From positions 1 to 43,523 of the forward strand of contig NIVC01004517.1 of assembly GCA_002269645.1 (NCBI GenBank): DNA of 43,523 nucleotides. Reading direction: 5' to 3'. Shown piece by piece: positions 34,542 to 43,523 of the stretch; within the stretch, counting starts at the first letter, position 1; every line of letters starts with the position of its first letter. The notes beneath the pieces are model-generated. The model searched no databases. It saw only the letters and a list, made by a program, of their open reading frames with translations, and had not been told where the DNA came from. Both the position numbers and the translations under genes were made by a program. Source of the DNA: Macrostomum lignano. Lineage: Eukaryota.

Positions 34542-35509
34542 GGAGAGAGAGAAGCCTTTTATCGCATTTGATTTTTGGAATGTATGAAATCACCTGTAGA
34601 GTGGATAGGTGTAGTGCAATATTTCAGGTGAGTTTCAAGTTTATAGTTATCTTCCTTCAAGTAAATTAACTCGTCGATCCAAAGCAAGTCAGATTTGATG
34701 TGGAATTTGTTGTTCATTCTCGATGCTAAACCTCAAAAAAGTTGACCACACTTGATCCTCACAGAGCAGAGTTTCTTACAAGTAAACTAAAGGAAACAAG
34801 TAGACCGCGTGTTGCTTCGTACTCCTAATAAATAATGCAATGGAGCCCAAGGCTAATCCATCTCTCACTCAATGCTAACAGTGTTAGCTGCCTACCGTTA
34901 TTCATTTTTGTTCTTCAGGGTCAGAGAAAGCCGCGTGGCTGATGTGGTGCTCTGGCAATTCAACAAGTTTTTCTTCGCATAGATGCAGCTTGCTCACGCG
35001 AGAGCAACAGGTTTTCTGGTTGTGTGGAGAAAACTATAAATAACTAAGATTTCCTGTACATGTAGAATTTAAGCTACTACAAAAAACTTACAGATAATGC
35101 TCTGATTATTTTCTAATCTATAAATCTTTCGCCAAACGTCGTAGCCATTATGACCAGAAACTGATTGAAAACTCTTGTCATTGATTAGACAGTTGGATGG
35201 ACATCGCAAGACAACTGCAAGGAAATAGTGCAGCAAAATTGCCTTAGAAACAGGATGCCGCTAGGGAATACAGAATCCCGAGTTTTTCCGGGTAGTCCAG
35301 TCCATCGACAAGGCTGCAAATCCTATGTTGGGAACGTTGACACGTGCACCTTCTACGGACTATAAGAGATTTGTGCAAAACTGAAGCAGCATTTCAGATC
35401 AATGGCAGATTCATTCCAGACAGATTGTCTTGAAGTAATCTTTGATTTTTCGTCGCTGGTACAAGCCAGATTGTGGGCCTCGATCATGGGATCGAACTTT
35501 AAGAGAAAA

Positions 35510-36600
35510 ATGTTTCAACGTCGCCAGAAGTTCAACAGACTAGACAACGTTGTGACTCGACAGGCTGGGCTTGGGACTTCGTACTATGTCATGAATTTAG
35601 CTGACCTTTTTGGAAAGCGATGCAGTAGATCCCCGCATGTTCAAATTTCGCTGACGCACTATCTACGAGCTAAATTTAGCATGCTATTTTGTTCCTCATG
35701 GAATAAACCTTGCTAAAACAATTTTTTTAAATTGAGTCAGAGACATCAAGGGTATCTCAATATCAATATGCTCGCTTCCATTTGCATTGTATCGAGACGA
35801 ACTTCCCAGATTTTTCAGCTTCACCAAGCCACGCAAAAGAATTTGCAAAAAAAATTTGCATTTGTGTCTGCTCGATTGCCAAGTTTATTTTTATGATCGT
35901 ATGTAAAACTGAATGTTGAATTGCTATAAACTTATCACGTGACGATGAAATGAGGAACATCTATGAAAACAGACGAGTCACCATCATCAAAAGCTAATCA
36001 AGTCACAGAAAAATATCAATATATCGATAGAGATAGCGAGTGACCATTTACGAGTAGAAGCTTAGAGATAGAAGACCACACACCCGGAAAGATTTGTAAA
36101 ACGGCGAAAACAGAAAAGATTTATCAAGCAATCAATTATTGTTTTACAGGAAAATCCGTTGATCGAATTCATGGGGTTCAATTCCAGAAATCGGAAGGCT
36201 TTAGAGATCAAAACAACAAAGCATGAGGAACCTGGCAGGATGTAGCTAAAAGCTGTTTGTCCGATCAGCAAATATCCTTTGTGATTCATATATCGAAACT
36301 AGTATCCTTGGTTACGAACCCGAGCACCATCAGCAGCATTTCGATCGGCCTACCGCATCCATCCCTTCCAGTTAGTAGCTCTCCGTCCAGCAAGCACCAT
36401 CCCTCAAGGCTCTGGGCGGCGGGGGCTTTGTGTTATCCACCGGATTAGCGCGGCCACCGTAATGGATTTCTCCCATGACAGGCCAGCAAAGTGGAACGGA
36501 GGGTCAATCTACGTCGCTTTTAACACCATCGACAGATAAGGAAGAGTATAACTCGGGACTCAGCTTTCCGAAGAGAAGATTTCGGCTCCTGGCAGGCTAC
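35510..36600 (+). pseudogene. Possible heavily decayed ornithine decarboxylase / antizyme-inhibitor-like pseudogene
   Basis: Short motifs in the expected order across shifting frames: SYYVMNLADL (cf. FYVADLGDI), SRDDEMRNI (cf. FDSEVELMKV), IHGVQFQKSEG (cf. VVGVSFHVGSG), PSRLWAAGALC (cf. SSIWGPTC) and YNSGLSFP (cf. FNGF..P). Each match is weak on its own. Confidence 0.3.
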
Positions 36601-37224
36601 TGGCATTGTGCCCGAAGCAACGAGCTGAGGCGGAACCCATCCCGATCTCGCAGCGTTGAATGATCCCTTGGGATCGATTTTTTGATCTGCCCCTAAAGTT
36701 TGGCAGTGCGCGGCCCGTTCAGAAAGGGGATTGGCTGCAAGTAGCGTGAACTAGTCGAGGTGCGGCCGAACGGGATAGTGGCGAATGAGAAGCTTCAGAG
36801 GCACGGTGACAAGGCTGGGGAGTCGCCGACACCCCAGGCCTGAACTGGACAAAAGTTCCAACCCTGGCCTATTTCCGCCGATGCGGTCTAACGATTAGTC
36901 TTCAAAATCTCAGACAAATTTTACTTGTCTTCTTCCCAATATACTTCACTGTTTTGTTCGAATTCGTCTGATTCCTCTGGGGGTCGACAGGCTCCCGATC
37001 TGGTAGTTCCCCAAGCTAGGTTCTCCCTGTAGTCAGCCAAGAACACTCCAGCAGGCACAGCAGATAATTAATTAATTCGAATCGGTACCCTTCCGCTAGG
37101 CCGATTCGGTGTCTCCCATTCTCGCCAGCCTAATCTTGATTGACTCAGTCAGACTTGCAAATTAAAAATACAGGAGATTACCGAGAACTTGCTGTTAGAT
37201 TGATCAAGCAGCAGGACGGATAGA

Positions 37225-38553
37225 ATGAAGCTCCTGCAAGCTGAATCAGTTGTCGGCTTGATCCTCATCATCGTCTCCATAGTGACGGGAAGCGCATCGA
37301 ACTCATCCGGCTTCCTGATGGAGGAAAAAGTGACGGCGTTGATCACTCGTCTGTTGCAGAACTTTGGTTCCAACGGCCGCTACGTTTACCCGGAGATAGG
37401 CAGCAACCGATCCCAGGTAAACATGAGCTTCCAAATACTGCACTTCTACGGCTTGGACCAGAATGAGATTCTTGAAATCGGCGTCTGGACGGCCTTTCTG
37501 TGGCGTGATCCCCGTCTGGAGTGGAACTCAACCGAGTATGGCGGCCTCAAAGTGATCAAGGTCCCTGCCGACAACATCTGGATACCGGACGTGGGCTTGA
37601 GCAACACTAAGAAGGAGAACCAATTCGACTTTCGCCTACTCAAAGCAGTAGAGGCTCTGGTGTATCCGAATGGCACAGTCTATATTTATTATCACCTGGT
37701 AACCACTGTAGCCTGCCCAATAGACGTCATGTTCTTCCCATTCGATTCGCAGAAGTGCGATTTTCAGTTCGGTCCTTGGACCAGCTACCGCGGTAGCTAC
37801 CGCATCCACCTGCCCAAGAGCAACATCCGCATGGCCAACATATCCAAGTTCGTCAGCGAATGGGAGATAATAAGTTTCAGCATCGAGGAAAAAAACTTTT
37901 TCGACGATAACGTCAACCAAATGTGGGACTACTTCGAAGTGAAGATCGAAGTCAGACGTAAACCATACTACTACATATTTGTCATTGTTGTGCCATTCTT
38001 CATGCTGTCCTTCATGGCCTGTCTCATGTTTTTGGCTGACGAAGCTGGCGACCGAGTGAGCATGTCGATCGCAATACTGCTCACCATGACACTGTACGTG
38101 ATGATCACGAGCTCAAGCGCGCCCAAATCGATGCAGACGATTCCATTGTTGGGCATCTACATCATGATACAAATGGCTCTGCTCATCATGTTCACTTTCT
38201 TGGCCATTCGCAGCAACCTCAGTGGGGCGGGTGGCGCTGGCCCAGTCATATACTACACCGAGGACGCCAACGGCCTGCTGACCAAAGTAAAAGAGAAGCG
38301 CGTTCGACGGCCGGCTCCTTTGGCGACGCCGACGCCAGGCGGCATGGAATTCGAGACGCCGGCTGGCGGCAGTGCGGCGAGCGGACTCGAACTCGAGCAC
38401 ATCAATAGGAAGCCTCACCGGCCGCCACAGTCGGCCAGACGACGAGAGCCGCAGAGACAAGACTGTTTCTTCATGGCCTTGTACATCGGGCTAACACTGA
38501 CTAATGTCTGCGTCTGCATGGTTATCCTGCCGGCTGCAAAGTACAGAATGTGA
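37225..38553 (+). CDS. Intronless Cys-loop ligand-gated ion channel subunit, nicotinic-receptor-like, non-alpha (442 aa)
   Basis: Signal peptide, WRDPRLEW, IWIPDV, Cys-loop CPIDVMFFPFDSQKC, FGPWT, RRKPYYY before M1, M2 GDRVSMSIAILLTMTLY, and M3 and M4 helices. No vicinal CC in loop C. Confidence 0.95.
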   Translation: MKLLQAESVVGLILIIVSIVTGSASNSSGFLMEEKVTALITRLLQNFGSNGRYVYPEIGSNRSQVNMSFQILHFYGLDQNEILEIGVWTAFLWRDPRLEWNSTEYGGLKVIKVPADNIWIPDVGLSNTKKENQFDFRLLKAVEALVYPNGTVYIYYHLVTTVACPIDVMFFPFDSQKCDFQFGPWTSYRGSYRIHLPKSNIRMANISKFVSEWEIISFSIEEKNFFDDNVNQMWDYFEVKIEVRRKPYYYIFVIVVPFFMLSFMACLMFLADEAGDRVSMSIAILLTMTLYVMITSSSAPKSMQTIPLLGIYIMIQMALLIMFTFLAIRSNLSGAGGAGPVIYYTEDANGLLTKVKEKRVRRPAPLATPTPGGMEFETPAGGSAASGLELEHINRKPHRPPQSARRREPQRQDCFFMALYIGLTLTNVCVCMVILPAAKYRM

Positions 38554-40489
38554 TCTGGAAAGGCTGTCAACCTCTGTTGATACTGGTTTGCCGATACTTT
38601 TGTTAAACCGAATACAAGGAGGTGTGCGTTTTTCTTTTGATTGTTACAACTTGTCCTCTAGTGTTCCAATTACATATTTAACTCTGAAGCGACATGAGAA
38701 CGGATTAGAACATTAGAGTCAATATAAGGTCCGCTACTGCTCAGAATCTGATGCGCCTAATTCCGCCGATTCACATAACCGCCAGTAGGTAAAGGACGTT
38801 CTTTAGCGTATGGTTTTCAGACGCTGTCAATTTTATTTTGATATAGCCACCTAAATCTCTAATTGTAATGCTGAAAAGTTATAGGCTACTGCTACGTGAA
38901 CACGCTTTTAAAGTGCAGGAAAAAACGATTAGGCAGTAACGTCAATTGGAATTGAAAAAACGCTGTCAAATAGCTCAGTTAGCTCGATTCCATTAGGTTT
39001 CGTTGGAACAGAAACTCCGATAGATATAAAGTAGCTGATTTGACGTTTGAATACTTTCTCTACTCGTAAAACTACTTGTCGACTCTCAAATGTTTAAAAG
39101 CCATTTTTACTAAAGATAGAGAGCCACTATGGTAGCAGCTACAGCAATTGACAAACAGCAAAATTTAATTATTTTTTCTTCTCTAGCTTTCCAAGAGGAC
39201 ACAATGCATGATTAACTCACACTTGTAATTTGCGTCACTGAAAATGAACAGCTCTACTTTTGTAACTGTATTTAAAAAATCTAAATTTCCTTTTTCTTAA
39301 CGGCACCCACCTTGCACAGCCCGATGTTGTACAGCAATTTAAAAATACCAGTTTCCAGTGACGTCCATCGACGTCGGGTTATGTCAGCATACGCCGGCGG
39401 ATGTCGGAAAGTTGCACGGGAACAGCACCATTTTGCAATTATCCATTATCATCCCTATAACAACTCTTTTGCGAGTACCATTGATTACAAACAACTGTTA
39501 TTGCACATTTTACCCACCAGAACTCACTGCTTTTAATCTTGACAAAAACTGAAAAATGTATGGCAAAAATGGAAATACACTGAATTGCAAGTGTCAGAAT
39601 TGTGCGTGTCCTGAGGACGTGAATTGCTTTCTACATTGTATGAACAAGCGCCAGACTGGCGTATTTTAGCCATGAAACAACGTAGAAACAATATCGGGAA
39701 AAATATATGGCCCATTCCTACAAGGAAGGCAGCTCGAGATCCACTTGTCGTGGTTTTTTGTTGAGTCTTTATAGCTCAAATTCACGCGAGTAAGCTTGGG
39801 AGTCGTAATAAAAGCAAGTCAAGCAAGGGACTGCCGGCAGGAAGTGAAGAAACTTCTTTTCCAGCAACGTAACTTGAGCACAGAAGCAACTACAGCCGCG
39901 TTACTGTTCTCATGTTAATAGGTTTATATTTTAACATGTAAAAATCAAAATTAAACAGCTGTCGTTTTCACTTAGTACTGCAAGTTCTATAAATCATGCG
40001 TCTTCGGAGCAATTGGCAGTTTGAATCGGCATTTTGGCTTACATTTTTCAGCATCATAGCAAGTCACCATGCATTATTCGGTATGTCTTTGATGTATGGA
40101 AAAGACATACCGAACAATTACATTGTAGTAATAGCATTGAATGGAGAATACTATTTTAACTGGCGTGAAGCAATGGCTGAGTTGACATTGTTTAACGTGG
40201 ATAGTCAAAATTTGCATTGCCTAACGGTACTAAAAATACGAGTCAAAGTACAGATTTATGCTGTGGATTTTCCACCGTATACAAAGTTTTCGAAACAGTC
40301 ATAAAAGAGGAGTAATGCTTTTCTAGTCAACAACTTTTAAGCTGTACATTGAATACCAAAATATGGCAATATTTCATTCAATAAATTGGAAGAACCTGCC
40401 GATGGAATCTCTCGACGGAGTGATTCAATCTGAGTTTTTTTAGTTCACTCTCCGCCAATGACTGGAGTGCAGACGAAGAGCTGCGAGAG

Positions 40490-40845
40490 ATGAAGATCGA
40501 CGCATTGACAAGCTTGGATAAAGGTATTATGTCTGGAGTCAATCTTCCTGACCTACCGGAGACCAATGAGGTTGATCTGGATCCCGTTGAAATATCGTCT
40601 CTTCCAAAGAGTACACGTGAGCAGATTTATAAGCATGAGAGCGTTTGTAGATTTTCTGAAGAAACGTCCGCTGAAAACGCTGGCGATTTGCCTTCACCCA
40701 TGCTGAACGAGTATCTGCAATTCCATTACTACACGCTCAAAAAGGACGATGGAGGCTACTACGCCCCAGCAAGCTTGGTCTGCTGCAGGGCTGATATTCA
40801 ACGCTACTTTACTATTGTGCTAGCGTTAGAGCTTCCAATTGTGAA
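40490..40845 (+). pseudogene. Second Crypton-type tyrosine recombinase fragment (N-terminal core-binding region), interrupted by a SINE-like head
   Basis: LNEYLQFHYYTLKKDDGGYYAPASLVCCRADIQRYF matches the Crypton/KCTD1-type motif and aligns with YFYATLRQD..YAPTTLICVRAGLCRYF of the copy near 6.4 kb. Confidence 0.7.
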
Positions 40846-40915
40846 TCGAACGGAATCGAACCAGGGGTCGTGGCGCAAGAGTCAGACGCGCTTACCGCTG
40901 AACTGCTCCGCCCCC
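40846..40915 (-). mobile_element. tRNA-derived SINE-like head
   Basis: Minus strand GGGGCGGAGCAGTTCAGCGGTAAGCGCGTCTGACTCTTGCGCCACGACCCCTGGTTCGATTCCGT has an A-box-like region and a B box (GGTTCGATTCC); the stems do not pair as a functional tRNA. Related to the 14.5-kb copy. Confidence 0.55.
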
Positions 40916-41181
40916 TAATAGAACACTAGGAAGGCTTGCACTGGTTTTGAAGCATTTACAAGTTGATTCGTAACAAGTTAAAAAAGAAAGTTGATGAATT
41001 TTGCCTGAAAAGATACAACTCTGACGAGCTGCTGCAACTGCCAACTGCAACGAGTGTCGGGCACTCACGCGGAACCACGCGAATCGAGGAACCTGTTAAT
41101 TAAATGCCGCACTTTAATTATACGGCCTCACGCATTTACTTTTATTATCGTCTCTAAGTAATACAAGTCACTTATTATTGC

Positions 41182-43170
41182 ATGTCTACAGAAGATAGGC
41201 CAGAGACAAAAAGAAGGACAGAACGGAACGGCATCTCAATGACAGCCAGCATCCAAACTCACGAACGAGCATCTTCAAGGCAGCCCTTGTTGAGACATTT
41301 TAGTTGTGAATTATTAGGGTCAGACAGTCGCTCAGCAACCCTCCCGGAAGCTCCAGACCACAAGCCAGCCATGCTGCGCCCAGAGCTGTTTGAGTCCGTG
41401 GACCTGAAGAACGCGGTCAGCCAGATCATGTGCTTGTCCCGCAAAAGCGACCTGGAATATTACGAGACAGACCCGGAAGAGAAGGCGCAGGTGCCCGACA
41501 TTGCCGCCCTGGACGGCTTGTTGATGAAGCGCCGCGGCTTGTTCCAGCCGCCGCCGGCGCCGCCACCGCCGATGCCGCTGACACAGCAGTCGGGCCCGAC
41601 CAGAGCTTGGCGAGGCTGCGACAGCGCGGACGGAGCCAAGCGAGGCGTCGGCAGCTCGCGCTACCTGCTGGTTAACGGCTGCAACGCGCTGGTGAGCAGC
41701 TTCAGCCACATCTCGATGCGCGAGGACCAGCAGTCAAAGGGTAAATACGTCACCCTGACGTTCCACGTCCGCCAGCCGGGCTGGTTCGACCAGCTCAAGC
41801 AGGTCTACGTGAACGCCAAGAGCGAGCTGGACAAGCTGGTCGCCTTCATTCGTCGAATGCGGCGAGCGGAGCTCAACGACGCTTCGAACTCGGACGAGAT
41901 GGACATTCAGGCAAGGAGCTGGGAATGCTGCCTGTGCGTTGAAATTACTAGGAGGAACATTTTTGCACGCTTAATTTGCTCGTGCTGGTAGCTATGGGAA
42001 CTGCATTCTGTCCGTTCTACCTTCTCCCTGACCTGAACAAGCGAAACGAAGCAAGCACGAGTCCCCAATGTCCTTGACCTTCTCATCGGCAAAATGCGCA
42101 CTTCTTGTGTCCTGGCTCCTGAGGTCAGACAGGAGTAAAATCGGTTTGAGAAAGAGCCAGTAGCTACGAGTACTGCACTTCAGTCACAACGATGGACGAC
42201 CTTCTCACCTCTTGAGTTGCATGCACAGAACTACTTTGCTCAAGTTTGGCAATAAATTACAAGTTTTAGATTTCACATCTCCAACCACTTCAACCTTGAA
42301 GGATTTCATAAAGGCGGAGCGTGACCTCATCTACAGCGAGAAGAACCTCCGCCAGTGGTCCTACAAGTTCGACATCGAGCTGCGCCGCGACTCGCTGATG
42401 CGGCAGGCCATCGACGCGTTTCAGTGCCGGCTGGGCCTGAGCGGCTGCGACAATCTCGGCTACAGCTTTGGCCTGTTCCTCGACGAGTGCCTCTACGCCA
42501 ACGAGCAGGCGCCGCGCCAGGTGGTCAGAGACGGCACGCCGGACAACTACAAGATCACAGACAGGGCGGACATCTTCGTCACCAACTACTTCGCCATGGC
42601 GGCTAATCGCGCCTTCCGCGAGGAGATCGTGTCCGTTCTGTACGAGGTCTACGTGCGCGACTCCGCCCAGAAGCTGGGCCAGCAACAGCAGCAGCAGCAG
42701 CCTCAGCAATTCCTCGCAAGGTCTGGCTACAGAAGTGCTTCACCAGAAGCACAGCTTTAATATGGAATGAGGGTTATTAAATACATTGCATATACGCTCA
42801 TATGTAATGATTGAGCTCAACTAAAAGCTGTCATGAATGAAGTCATTGTTTTAGTGTGTCTCATTCGTATTTATTTAACTAGTTTCACTTTATAAATATT
42901 TTTAAACAGACGCATCAGCCGCAACTTCCTCTGAGCTCGGAGTTCGCGCCGCCCAGCCAGGCCAACACGCTGACCCACTACGAGAAGCAGCCACTGCAGC
43001 AGCAGCAGCAGCAGCAGCCTTCAGCTCCGATAGTTCGAATTCAGGTGCCAAACACTCGCCGAGCCGCCGAGGTGAGCGGCGACGAATCGGAGACGGACAA
43101 CCTACTCAGCTGCCGCAGCGAAACCAGAGAGTCGTATGGTCGAGGCGATGCCTCAGCCATTAGACAGTAA
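41182..43170 (+). CDS. Uncharacterised multi-exon protein; coding segments ~41182-41910, ~42245-42720/42760, 42910-43170
   Basis: Three open segments with strongly GC-biased third positions and protein-like composition (WRGCD..AKRG..RYLLVNGCNALV; KDFIKAERDLIYSEK; FGLFLDECLYAN; Gln-rich tail ending TAA 43168-43170). Exact splice junctions and the start are unresolved; a GC donor is possible at 41911. I do not recognise the family. Confidence 0.7.
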
Positions 43171-43523
43171 TTCTCAGGAAAAAAAGACACGCACCAATTT
43201 CTCCATAGTTTGCTTTTTAAACTTTTAGTATCTTTGAACGGCGAAGACCTTTTTTCTAAGAAAACGCTCGTTTCCCAACCGATAATTTATGAATATCCTC
43301 ACAGCCGCATCCTCTTTAGTCCCATAGCTTTCTGCCACTCTGTAGTGTACTTCTATACTTAAGCGCCGAATGTTACTTTCTGATTTTATCAGCCAATAAT
43401 GCTTTATAGATCGCAAAACCTGAAAAAGGTGTTTATTTTTTTGAAAGAAAACAAAATAATTTAAATATAGAATTCTTTCTGTGGGTGACATTTTTTAGTT
43501 CGCGTAGCTTTCAGATTCCTAAG

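Overview
Eukaryotic (animal) genomic DNA. It has spliceosomal GT-AG introns, several intronless GC-rich genes, long micro- and minisatellites and transposon relics. The overall style resembles a free-living flatworm such as Macrostomum, but that is an inference, not something the sequence proves. Genes supported by recognisable motifs: a 2-exon C6orf89-like membrane protein (+), an intronless secreted 6-Cys protein (+), an intronless RRM + RGG/RG-repeat protein (-), a PTPN14/PTPN21 (Pez)-like phosphatase domain with a degenerate active site (-), a 3-exon MEMO1 (-), a spliced DUF4806/BEN-like fragment (+), an intronless non-alpha Cys-loop ion channel subunit (+), and an unassigned multi-exon gene at the right end (+). 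Mobile DNA: two decayed Crypton-type tyrosine-recombinase fragments, a 5'-truncated RTE-like LINE, two or three MITE-like TIR elements and three tRNA-derived SINE-like heads. About 9 kb is tandem repeat, including a 4.2-kb array of a 16-bp unit, and three separate arrays share a 16-bp period and a TGTGAA core. No rRNA, intact tRNA or CRISPR array was found. No single new system is proven. The best leads are the Pez-like pseudophosphatase apparently cut off from its FERM domain, the charge-patterned RRM-RGG protein, a possible trans-spliced minus-strand gene cluster, the orphan secreted peptide, and the minisatellite family with a shared core. All homology calls come from motif recall, not database searches.
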